The notes under the pieces: model-generated
Database searches by the model: none
The model's input: only the letters and a program-made list of their open reading frames with translations
Told to the model about the DNA's origin: nothing
Source: Perna viridis
Lineage: Eukaryota
NCBI GenBank assembly: GCA_037379345.1
Contig: CM074514.1
Location: 40,982,001 to 41,046,000 of the forward strand
DNA length: 64,000 nt
Direction: 5' to 3'
Program-made: the position numbers and the translations under genes
Shown here: piece by piece, positions 1 to 12,600 of the stretch
Numbering within the stretch: the stretch's first letter is position 1
How the letters are laid out: each line of letters begins with the position of its first letter

Positions 1-2301
1 GATACACAACATATTTCTTTGAATCTTTCAGACGATTTTCTGAATAGAGTTATATATGGTAAAATTACAAAAAAAAAATGATTTTATAAACACCATCCAA
101 AAGGGAGATAATTGGAAGAAATGTTTCAGCTTTTTTTGATATTACAAGAAAAAAAAAAGGTCGGTGACCCAAATTTTCTTTTGGAAAATATGAAATCATG
201 TCAGATAAATGTTCATTATACAAATTAACATGAAATTAAATCAACCAGTTTTTTTAAGTATTAAGCGTAAATGTGAACATTCCCTACGGAATGTATAAAA
301 AATATTGTAAAACTTCGCCTATATCTAGACTCAATAATCTTGAAATAAAGTTCCATGTTGACCTACATGTATCTTTTTTTTTCTTGGAGAAAATCTAGGA
401 AGATCTATCTATTAAAACTATAAGGTATGAGATACCTTAACATTGATTAAAGTCTTATTATAAAAATGCAACAATCCATAATGATTGTTATTTAAAAAAA
501 AAACCTACATATATAACCATGTTAACAATCCTGTATTCTATTCATTGTATACAATGGAAAAATCGCTGTTTAAGAAAGTAACATTAATACACTTTCATGA
601 ATATGTCCTACAGACAAGTCGTCCCAAGACTACAAAGATCAAAGGCATCGTCGAAGTTAATTAATAATAAATGGCATAATTATTGATAAAACCTCACTAG
701 ATCACAGTCCTCTTACAAGTCAATCATGCCTAATATTATGGTTTGGAATACACATACTACAAGTTAATAGGGCTTATCAGCTGATTTAATTGAAGTGACA
801 ATAATGTCTGTTAAGTTTTAGTTGTAGGGAAAATGATTCTGTTATTGTTCCCGTCTTAATTAGTTTAATTTTTCATTCGAGTATCCTCTCCTTCCCCCCT
901 TTTTTATCTACTCTTACCTACTTTTGTGGGGTTTACTTTGTTAAAACATTTGCTGCTGTTGTCCATGTACGAGCCTGAGATTTGCACTGACCCAATGAGA
1001 TCGGGAAAGCTCACGAAGGAGAAAGGATACGTAAAAAGGACATTTATTTTACTGAACATACAATAAAGCAGTATTATTCTCCTTTTTAATATATAGAACG
1101 ATCATTCAATTTGGTTTGTGCAACTATTTCATTTTCAAATAGAACATTTATATTAATATGCAAATAAGTTAAATGGACTCGACATCTTCCAAGCTATAAA
1201 TAAATATAAGTAACTTTTCCAGTTAATCACTCAGGGAACCTTTTTTGTTCATATATACAGCTGTATTGAAGAGTCTAATATCTAGTCAATTGTTATTCAT
1301 TCATTTTGATCTGATATTGTTAATGTTGAAAAATATTTCATATGTTTTTTGTTAAACTAAAATATTCAAAAAAACATATGAACTTCATTTCGAGTATTAA
1401 AAACTATAAATATTCATATTTTCATCTAGCCTTCCTTAGTTATCAAGATTGCATTTTAATTATGGAAATTGATATTTATTAAAACAAAATGTACATTGTA
1501 TGTCATGAGTTGGAAATAGTAACCCATCAAATAGCCGGTGATTATCTTTACGACTGTATTCTAAGAGATTAATGCGTGTACATGTATAGCCCAATAGGGA
1601 ACACATTATTGTGTATATTATGTTTTTAAGATTTTTATTTGTTTACTTTCTAAGATATAACTTCCGGTCCATATTACGCCTTACGGACCAGTAGTAAATT
1701 GTATTGACCTTTCAAATAAAAACATGACGTCAATTTAAGAAGTTGTGGATGTTTTACTCCTTTATTTCCACACGAAGTGTGTACACTGTAGAGTAAAAAG
1801 TATAGTATAGTAAATTGGGGTCAATTTCCAATATATGGAGTTGGTCGCCCCAAAAAATTCAAAATATTTATTTATTAATTTTTTTTCGGGGTGGGGAGGG
1901 GGGCGACGGACTGGTCAATATACTGCCATATGACCCCCAGCATCATGCACTATTTACTAAATGTTGAAATTCAGGACGAGTATATTGACAAATTATAACA
2001 ACAATACTTATGGCTAATACTAGCTACAAAAGTAATTTTATACATTGTACGTTTCATACTGTCCTTCCAGAACAAACATCAAATTGTACATTTTGTCGTG
2101 CTATACATACCCCCACTCGTACAGGAAGTATATAGAGGAGAAAAACCAAAGCTGCTTACAGCATACGCCCCATCTAAATGAAGCACATCGAATTTGAAAT
2201 CAATCCAGCTATATACATGTACATGACTGTATACGTAAATGTACCTAAATACATCCTTGTGTAGTACAGACGTAATTTGAATGCATTTACATGTAATGCT
2301 A

Positions 2302-2476
2302 TAGTGGCGAAAACAGACAGTTTGAAAAGGAGGGGTGCCACTAGTCGAGGTTCCTCAGAAAGGGAGGTGGGCTAGGATATATTTCCCCTTTTTCGTCAAT
2401 TTTACACTTGAAAATAGCAACTTTCCAAATAAAAGTGGGATGCTAACCCCCTGCACTCCCTCTGGATCCGCCAGTG
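2302..2476. mobile_element. Degenerate MITE, CAG(T/G)GGCGGATCCAG-type TIR family
   Basis: tagtggcg...ctggatccgccagtg ends; similar to copies at 10613, 11911 and 15501. Confidence 0.5.
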
Positions 2477-3003
2477 ATGTTAGATAAAGGAATAAAGCTT
2501 TCTCACGTGCTTTCTGCAGTGAGTGTACATTGTACATGTACATGTTCATGTATACAAATATATACGACCTATATCATTTTGGAGTTGTTTTCTTGGATCA
2601 CATTAACTCAGACCATCCTTTATTTTCCCTGTATTCCCCTACTATTTTGCATGGGCTAACGACTGAAATATGGCATATTCGTAGATCGTCGTATGTAAAA
2701 TGCGTTATTTGATACAACCTGGTATTTGTTTTTTCACCTGAAAACGCTTCAAATTAGTTGTCTCTCGGTCTAACTCTGTCTGCCTTTTTTCAAATTCCCG
2801 GGAAGATATATCTGGTTACCGCAACCGGAAACCATCAAATACGACTATGTTCTTGTTAATAATGATCAATATATATAATATGCATAGTAATGACTTACAC
2901 ATATGAAATCTGTTGAATATTACTAATTTTCTGTATTTTTACACCGGCCACGTGACTTTCTTGACATTAAAAAGGGGGAATTTAAAGAAAAACGAACGGA
3001 CAA

Positions 3004-3202
3004 CAGGCGCGTAGCTGAGGCCAAATTGAAGTGTAGGCAAAATTACGGCAGGGGGTCAAGGGGGCGAAGCTCCGCGGAGATGGCGTTTTAAAGCATCATT
3101 TATGCCTCTCTTGGATGTATTTTATCTCAAAAAAAAAAAAAAAAATGGCAAAATTAGGTGCAGGCAAATGCTTTTTTTTGCCTAACGGCAGCTACGCGCC
3201 TG
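3004..3202. mobile_element. MITE with 14 bp TIR caggcgcgtagctg
   Basis: Perfect TIR caggcgcgtagctg/cagctacgcgcctg; second copy at 26141-26337. Confidence 0.8.
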
Positions 3203-4282
3203 GATAATTGCAGTACATAGGCTGCACGCAGTTCCCAGCTAGCTTGCTGGTTCTGTAAAATCCAAAGTCAGCCAAACGACATTTGTATCATATATAATTT
3301 AAAAACTGATGTCAGTGCTTGTCTTTTCCACAACCACTGACCAGAGAAGACGTCATATCAACGCCATTTTGCAACATCTTTCAAACACATACTGGTATCA
3401 CGTCGATCATGATGAGGAAACGACTTATTATGTTGGTGCATGCACATGTAGAAGTGTTTTATCGAATGTTTCCAGTATAACTATTCACACTGTGAAACAA
3501 ATTTGATAATTTCACTTTCTCCCGCCAAAACGTCACATTTTGATATCAATCCGCCAATCACAGAATTTAAAATTCATATCGAAAATATCGATAAATCATG
3601 AAGAAAATCTATATAATAAATATGATAATTGGTTACCTTGAATAACTAAAATATGATCACTCGTGCCAAGAACGCACATGCACTCGTTAAATCTAGATTC
3701 TTCGACACTCGTGATAATAGTTTGGTTATTCACTCTTTCTAATTAATTATCCTATTACATGTAATCTTTTTGATGTCGCGTGCCTGCTGGGTTGTCGCTA
3801 TTTCAATAAAAAATTCCAAAAAATATCTTAATATAATTGTATTTTCAATGCAAAATCTTAAAAATTAATCACAAAATGCCGATATTTTTTTCCTTTTGTT
3901 TTTTGTTTTCAATTTTTGAATTTCTTGGGTCTTCTAGGCAATGAAATATTTTAAAAATTAATATATATTTTTGGCCATTTTATACCTTAGCAAAACTATG
4001 TTCAAATATTGTCAAGTGTAGTTAAACAGTTGCAAAGAAAATGACTAAAATGCAAAAATTATGTTACCCAGTGGAGCCTTTGATGTTGACCTTTGACCTC
4101 GTTTTTTCTTTTCAGAAATCGCACCACAAAAAACTTCTACGACAGACCTTTTAAATACTTTCAAAATGATACCAAACTCGTCCTTGTGGTATTTCTGTCC
4201 ATTAAATTTTCAAAATCTACCAATTTGTCCCCTTACTATCAATGCAATAAGGAGAATTGTATAATTATAATGGCAAGGGATA

Positions 4283-4614
4283 CAGATGCGATCAATTCTA
4301 ATCTTTCAGGGGAACAGTCAGAAGAGCCAACTCTAGGACAGTTCTTAAAGTGTCATAGAACAGTTTTAGAGCCAGCACTCTTGTTATTTCTTCTGGCCTG
4401 ATCTACGAAAACAGTTCTAGAGCCAGCTCTCCTGGCATTTCTTCTGGCCTGCTCTACGAGAACAGTTTTAGAGCCAGCTCTCCTGACATTCCTTCTGGCC
4501 TGCTCTACGAGAACATTTCTAGTAGTAGAGCCGGCTCTGCTAGAAATGTCAGAAGTGATGGCTTAAGAACTGTTATAAATCTGTTCTGTGAGAGGTTAGA
4601 ACTTATTTCATCTG
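4283..4614. mobile_element. TA-flanked MITE containing a 51 bp tandem array
   Basis: ta|cagatg...catctg|ta with imperfect ~25 bp TIRs; units start at 4357, 4408, 4459 and 4510. Confidence 0.7.
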
Positions 4615-5754
4615 TATATCACAAATATGTGCCTGTGAGTTGCGATACGGACCAGATAAGGCGAAAGAAAATATCTTGTTTCCTGCTACAAGCAAAAAAA
4701 AAATAAGGTAGATACAATGTAGGTAGGGAAATTATTAAAGTGGAGTTAAAGGGGAAACAAAAAAGACTAAAAGTGGCCATAGAATGTTACATGTAAGCAC
4801 AACAAATAGGGTAGGTACGGTAGTAGGAAACATACAATATTATTTTTTAGCCTAACAGATGTTGCACCTCGCCTACGACTCTGGCAATGTAATTTTCTTT
4901 GGTCCATATCACTGCACATAGGCAGTCTGCATGTTGTGATATTGCCCTCTGACTGAGTGTCTTTTAACGTATTATTAAGGCAGATGCATTTACACGAGAA
5001 AAAGTATCCCAAAAATCATATCGTACCAAACTTTACACGATACGTCATAATATATTGAAACGGAGAACTTAATTTCATTTTCAATCGCGAATAAAATTAC
5101 ATTATAGATGCAGTATCGTAACGGTGAGTCAAGGTAACTTGCATAGCTTTTCTTTTTTGTGGAAATAGTTCATCGGTTTTTTAAGTACAAATTACACTTG
5201 TGCATAGACCTGAATGATACCCAAATGCCTGTTTTTAACAATATCTATGTCAAAAAACCCATTAAAGAGATTGTATTACGATTAACATGCTTAAATAATT
5301 AATAGTGAAACATCAGACAGTTGCGTTAGTTTTTGGTCTAAATAACTGGATATTTGTTATTAGTTATTGATCTGCAACAATAAATGACATCATTAATTTA
5401 TCAAAACAAGGATAATGTGATTTATTTGAACTGTATACGATACACATTATATATTTATTGAACTCGGATCAGATGAATGATTATGTATTTCAATTTCAGG
5501 ATCACAATAGTGTTTGCTGCTGACGAAATTTTGTTCAAAGCAGTAACCAGGATGAATAATTCAAACACAGCTTACTGGACGAAAAAGTACTGCGCAAATA
5601 TAATGTAGATACATATATAATACATGCACACGAAAAGCAACAACATAGAATGAAATAGAGTGAAATACCTGCATTGAATACCGAATCATTCAAAATAAGG
5701 GACAATTAAGTGTCAGCCTCTGTATGAATTAGGCTGTCAGAGAAATGTGGTAAC

Positions 5755-5756
<2 letters not shown>

Positions 5757-5798
<42 letters not shown>
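5757..5798 (+). repeat. Poly(A) tract
   Basis: ~42 consecutive A. Confidence 0.9.
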
Positions 5799-5799
<1 letters not shown>

Positions 5800-7280
5800 A
5801 TTTTTTGAAATAGTTTAGTTTGATTAATTGTATCATCAGAAACAAAAGTAAAAAATCATAATTTTCCATATGTTTGGTTCATTGACATATTTGATTGAAA
5901 TGCACTGACAATGAACAATTCAAGGGCAGATAACTGTGTCAAAAACCTCATTTTTCAAACGTTCTATGGAAAAAAAAATTCTCAGCAAATCCAGTGATAC
6001 GGGAATCAAATTGATAGATGTGTTCGGTAAAGTACCTAAAAATCCAAACAGGTCAGTTTTACTGAGTTACAATAAGTCTATGTAGATTACGCATTTAGAA
6101 AATTTGTATGTAGACTTCCAGAAACAAACCTATTATTAACTTGTTTTACTCCAACAAAGCCTTTGAAACAGATAATGTCGTTTTGTTTTGTTTAGATTCT
6201 ACTGTTTTCGTTAAAGCACGACGAAAGTTAGCTTTTTCACTAGGTTCATATACACAATTTCAGATTTTATACCTATTTCTGTGTTATACTTTTGCATTAT
6301 ACTTGTGCATATACATGCACATATGAAAATGATCAGGCCGACATACACAATCATTCGATAGAAACTAAGCTGTTTGAGTTTTCAGCATTGAAAATGCTAA
6401 CAAGAGCAATAAAAATTGTTCGATAATTGATAACAGTATTTTCAAATTGGATCTAAACTTGTACAACATGTACATAGAACAAAATTTTGGGAAGAAGTGC
6501 AATTATTCGTTATCGTCATTATTCTCATTGTCGGTGTTGTTTTCGATATTGGCCAATACTCACTAGGTACTCGTACACATGTAGGAAAGAGCAGTGGTCC
6601 ATTTTGTTGATGAATCATTTTCAGAATGGAAAACAATACGTATCAATTTTAAAGATGTTTTACTTTTTTTAAAATACCTTTGTGTACAAGATTAATTAGA
6701 TTAAACACTTAAAATCTGTCAATTGTAGTACGCGTGTATCAATAATAAATGTTGCTAACTTAACGCTACTTCGTCGGCAACCCTACCACCGGTATAAGAC
6801 GCATCAGCCGCGGCCCCTTTTACATGTAATATACATGTACATGTATCACAGTTCATTTCATCGTTTAACTTACATGAAATACATAAACAACCATGTTAAC
6901 TTAATATGTTTATCTCACTCATATAATCAGAGTAAATATGAATTATCATGTTTGATTCCACTGACAAAATGCCGAACTACCAGCAGAATACACATCGAAA
7001 GCTACATAAGTACATGTATAGATCTGGGTACAACATGTAACATCCCGAATTGCCGACTGACAGTTTGTCGAGTCCAAATTGCCGATGCTCAAATTGCCGA
7101 CTTTTCGAAAATAGAACTACTAAAAATCGAATTACCCCACTAGCCCTACCAGCTGTAATTAACGAAAAATCTGTATTCGATTTTTTTGTGTTAAGTGAAT
7201 GACCCATTGAGTTTTCAAGACAAATGAGCTACGTTCTTTACGTCTTCTTTTATTTCCATTGTAAACCGATTAATTAAAGT

Positions 7281-7980
7281 TAAGTACTTCTCCGTCTAGG
7301 AATCATGCAAAATCTGTTTAAGGTGTGGCACATGAAGGAAAAAAGAACACAGAGATTTTATTGCATTGACCAAATGTTTATACCTGATAACCTCCAGAAA
7401 AATCATCATAGTGTTTTTAAAATTTGCCTTCTAAAGAGAAGGGAACCAAGGTTCTAGCGGTAATCAAAAGAATGTAATCCAGGGACAAAGACCAGACATG
7501 GAAAACAGACATACACAACAAAAAACATAAGGCAACTAAAATAATAAATATACAAAGTAACAAAAGCAAATGAGCAACTCGGACTCCACAAAAAGTGGTA
7601 GCAAGGACCAGGTGCACCGGTAGGGTAAGCCTCCACTGCTTTTCTAGAAACACCCGCCGAGTTGCTCATAAAAAAGTCAAGTCCGAGGTAGACGAAAGAG
7701 GAAATGAAAACTATGACAAGTTAAAGATATTGGTAAGTCAAATTTAATTGAAATGCACTATCGAAAATTGCTGGAAAATTCTCCCGCCCTTTTCCTTATT
7801 CAAGCAGTCAAAACATATCTAGATCACAGATGATTCAGGATATTCAGTTGTTTTCTAGATGTACTGAATATACTTGAAGCAAAAAAGACCTAATTAAGAG
7901 TTACGATGTGCGACCCATTGTCGGTTTCTTACAGAGAATGGTACTTAATATCTGGATTTGATGCCTTATGCATTGCATTT
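7281..7980 (+). repeat. Dispersed repeat shared with 18725-19110, interrupted here by an insertion
   Basis: Colinear similarity from taagtacttctccgtct to acagagaatggt. Confidence 0.7.
7435..7715 (-). mobile_element. Dispersed SINE-like / retroelement-tail repeat (copy 1)
   Basis: Shared core gcttaccctaccggtgcacctggtcc...gtggagtccgagttgctca...aaccttggttccctt. Confidence 0.8.
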
Positions 7981-9599
7981 GAAAAAAAATCTAACCCCGG
8001 GATAAATTTAGGACAGAAAACCACAAGAGCAAACCAATCTCTGTAACTCTAAATCTCTCATTGTTACTTTACTATTTACATTACTTTTCTTTTACTTCTG
8101 GTAGCTTATCTTGCGGTCTTTTAAAACACCTTGTTTAGTTGTATCTATTTCTATCCCCATAAATGTCATAATACACACTGGTCCCGATATTGTTTTCTTC
8201 TTCGGCAAATGGAGCACCTAAACGCGAAACAAGACATCAAATCCGCTCTAGCTGCATGTATATGTACAAATGTACATGTACCTGCCTGAAAAAAAAGTTG
8301 TCCAAATATTGTTCAACTACTGATCCATTTTAAAATCCACTCTATATAATCAAAAAAATGAAGAGGAACTTTTTTCAAAAAGAGCACAACCTATCGACAT
8401 ACACTACTGTAGGAACAAAATCATTTGCATTTGAATCCGAATAACTCGAAATCGTTCAGATTTCAAATCATTAAGCGAATTCGGATTTTTACGGTACACT
8501 TCCCGATTCGTATTTCTGACTTTGTAGCAATATTGGCTAATTGTAACCATAAAGAAATCTTTAAATGTATATAATATCAGTCATCTTTTTGCTCTGTCTC
8601 CCTTGCACCGTCAAATTCCCATTTTGATCTATAATTAATGCCCACGTATCATGCTTTGTGAACTAAATAACGAGTAACTTCTGAAACGGAAATGGGTATC
8701 AAGCTTTCCAGTAAACTATATTCATCTTTTTTCCATTTACCCCGTTTTTTTGTTACTTCTTCGAACATGGTGGAAACTGTTTACCAGTTTTAAACTAGAC
8801 GATGCCGGATTTTGGATTGTAATAAAACAATTCCAGTCATTATTATGTGTGTGTATAAGAGCAACTCCGAACACGAACACATCCACTATAGGGACAACCA
8901 TTTGTTTTTTGGGTTTTTTTTTCACGGGGGTTAGGGGGGAGGGGTGGTAAGACTAGATTTTCTATCCTGCTTCTTTATTTATTGTTCTAATGGACTGTCC
9001 TGCTTTTCTATTTCTTGAAAAAATTCAATTCTGCCGTTTTATTTCAAATTTATTCTCCCCCTCTTCTATAAAAAAATGAATGGTAGTCTCCTGATGTGCC
9101 ATTCAAAAATTATTTGTTTCTAATAATCGACTCCCCTAGGCTCTCATTCACCAATGACTCTGATATCCGCTTGTTGACCACCGAATAAGACCTCGATTTT
9201 TTTTCCGGAACGGATATAAATATGCAAGTCGTCAATGGTTACATTCTTCAAATTGGTAATTGCACTGGATATCTCCTATTATTATATTTATATACCGTTC
9301 ACACTCAGATGGGATGGCTTTAAAATTATGCGCCGGCATAGTTCCAAAGGATTTTAAATTGATAAAGAATCATGGTTTAGTGCAAAATGTCACACTTTGT
9401 CCCGAAGCATGACTGTATTCACAAAGCTAACAATAAGACTGGTCGTTTAAACATTTAATAACCATTACCATACTGATTTCTTTTGTTTTAACTAGGTTAT
9501 ATTATTTATTTTGATTACACAAATCATAAGTCAGATGAGACAGCGATATTCCTATTATATTTTATTTTACACGCTGAAAAATGTAGCGAATTTTCAAAG

Positions 9600-9663
9600 A
9601 TGGGATTTCTTTTAAGTTTCGTAGTTTTGTTTTTCTGTTATTTAGAACTTTGTTTTTCTACAG
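9600..9663 (+). CDS. Gene A exon 1, signal peptide MGFLLSFVVLFFCYLELCFST
   Basis: ATG, hydrophobic core, G|gtaagt donor; same 64 nt length as B exon 1. Confidence 0.8.
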
Positions 9664-12600
9664 GTAAGTTTAGAATTTTTCTTCATAAATTTAACCAGAT
9701 GTTCTATTTGCAAAAACTCAAATCACCATGTACATTGTAGTTCGCTGGCTTGACGTCTATTAGTTTAATACCTATACATGAACCTTTCTAACTATAGATG
9801 AAACATGGTCATGTCTTACTTCCCCTGCTCGGGTTTACATCTTTCAGATTATAGTTTTTTAATCAAGTATCTTGTACTCTCTTTAAACCAGCAAACCCCA
9901 TCCCCACCTTGCGATTGCGATTGTGTCTTAGTTAAATACATCCCTACATGTACTAATTCCATATAGTTTACATGTCAACACAGTAATATTTTCAAATATT
10001 TTCCAGAAAGATGTGCTCCTATACGTTATGATATCGCATTTTATTTCAACCGAGATAACCAAGGGAATTCTGGTACATATTACTCAAGACAAAGGAGTTT
10101 TGCATTACGGATCATTGAGAAATTTCCAGTAGGATACATGCAGACCAGATTTGCCGCACATGCGTACGGCGGAAACCATGAAAAATTTTTCGACTTCAAA
10201 ACAAAAACAACTAAAGACGCTGTAATATCAGGAATTCCCTCGAGTATAAAAACGTCAGGTAGTTGGGAAACAAAAGAAAACATTAGAAAAATCTGGAATT
10301 CTATTTTTCTGGAGAGTGAAGGAGATAGAAGTGATGTTCAAAACTACTGTTTTATGTTCTCGTCGGCTGAGACAAATCAAACCTACGCATCTAGGGGTGA
10401 GAAACCAAGCACAATCATTCTGTATTTGATGGACGCTCAGGATTATTTCAATGCTGCTGATTATTCTGATGATAGAATTTCAGAGTTTGCTAATACTTAC
10501 AAAACCATCAGTAACATTTTTTCCGACTCTGAATTCACCACCATTGCCACGGATTTTACCGGTAATGCTGATTTCAGTTGCAAAACAAGTAAGTAAACAA
10601 AGGTTACCGAAGCAGTGACATATCCAGAGGATAAAAGGGGTTGGTACCCCCTTTTTATTGGATATTTTGTCTTCCATGTGTAAAATTGACAAAAAAAAGA
10701 GTAAACAATGTCCAAGCACTCCTTTGTTTCCCGAGGGACCCCGACCTGAAACCCGTCCTTTTTAAAGTTTGGTTCCGCCCCTGACTTGCTTGAAAAAAGT
10801 ATTCTTTCGAGGTAGATATAGCTGGCTTGTATTCGGTCTTTCTTGTTAGTGTTCGTATTCTGTATCGATCTACAGAATAAATCCGAATTCACCGAATTTT
10901 TATAGTTTGTTTTATTGTTATTTTTTTTCACACCACTCTCCCAGGCTAGAGGAGGGATGAGCGCTCACAAACATGTTTAACCCCGTTACGTACTTTATGT
11001 GTCAGTCCCCAGACAAAACATTTAGTCCTGTTGTTGCCGTTGTTCTTTTTATGTATATTTTATGTCGATTTTTTACTTTTATGAATAGTTTCACTTCGTT
11101 TATTTTCGTGTATGTTTACTGAAGATCAAGTAATCCTAAGAGTAAAATTAAATTTGAATACATATATAAATATATGAAGGGAGGTAATAAAAATTTTCCT
11201 GCAGCCGAAGCAGGTGCTTTCGAATATTTCTGGAATGATATACAGGCGCGCATGCTTAGAAGGTGGATTCAGCTTTCGCACTCACTAAAACTGTGATTTT
11301 GTTTCATGAATTCTTATTCTCAAATTCCAATCCCTAAAATGTTCTTGTCTCGTATCTCTTGAACTCTAATTATATTTACACCTTTCTGGTATTAGCCGTT
11401 ATTAGAAACTGAATCGATAAACTCATGGTTATTATGGTTACAGATATTGTCATAATGATTTGTTGTACTGTTATTTATAGGAAAATGAGGGACTTGCACA
11501 TCAAAACGTTTTAGGTATAATACTATTAGCACCTACAATTATACTTTTTTCTTTTTCTTCAACATTTTATCAGAAGAATTAAGGGTATTAAGAGACAAGT
11601 CATAGTTATATATCATTATTATAATAGTTGATTCTTAATTAAAAAATAGAATATTAGCATCCATATTCAAGGCATGTACATGTACATGTACGTGTATACG
11701 TCTACCAATCTAGTGTAAGGGCTCTTTTTATAATAATCTTATTCAATTTGATTTGACGGGCACTTGCCCCCCCTTCTTTTCTTTTTTCCTTTACATCAGA
11801 AAGTGTGTTTAGTGATCTCAGTGTAAGCTAGTCTGATATTGAGAAAAAAATATGATACTGCACCGTGCCAATAGTGAGTGCCAGAATTAATATTCCTCAC
11901 AGAATGTATACAGGCGCGGATCCAAGGACTGGCCTAAATCGGTAAAAAAAAAATCACCACAAGTTTTACCCCATAATATTTTTTGCCTTGCTTTGCACGG
12001 CATTTAATTTAATTTCACGCCCTCCCCCCCTTAAACTCAAACACTGGATCCGCCCCTGGTATACATGTATGTGATTTCTTTTAAAACGAATATTGTGAAG
12101 CCGTCCTATCATCAATCTTTATGAAAGCTTCATGAAGCGACAACAGAGAGAAAACAAAACAACAAAAGTTAATATCTGACTAATTGTTCGCTAACATGAG
12201 GTTCGTTAGTCTGTTTAGGTTACATATACATTGTATTTGTTATGATAAGTGGTAACTATCTTTCTATTGCAGCGTGTGGTGACAATTTCTTCGCGTATGA
12301 CTACCCATCAGAAATAACCACCAATACTGACACAGAAGAAGGTACATGTATCAGTATTAGTTGATTGCATGCGCAGACCTATGAGATGTCAGTTTCACTT
12401 GTCGATCTTATTCCTGCATTTTTTTTTTTTTTAATTTCTTATCCGTACAAACAAAACCTATAAGTCTTCCTAGCTGCTTTTTTTTATCAATACAAAAGTA
12501 CTACAGTTATGATTGTGCCTTAGTTACACAGGTTGTTCACCTCACTATATGTACATGACATGTTTGCACCATTTATCCATTATAGGTATTTAGGGCCGCG

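Noticed and set aside
4357-4530. CRISPR-like array
   Set aside because: Head-to-tail 51 bp units with no unique spacers, eukaryotic context and no cas genes.
5499-5608. Possible terminal exon of an upstream gene (tttcag acceptor, 35 codons to TAG)
   Set aside because: No recognisable protein and no convincing partner exons, so it cannot be supported.
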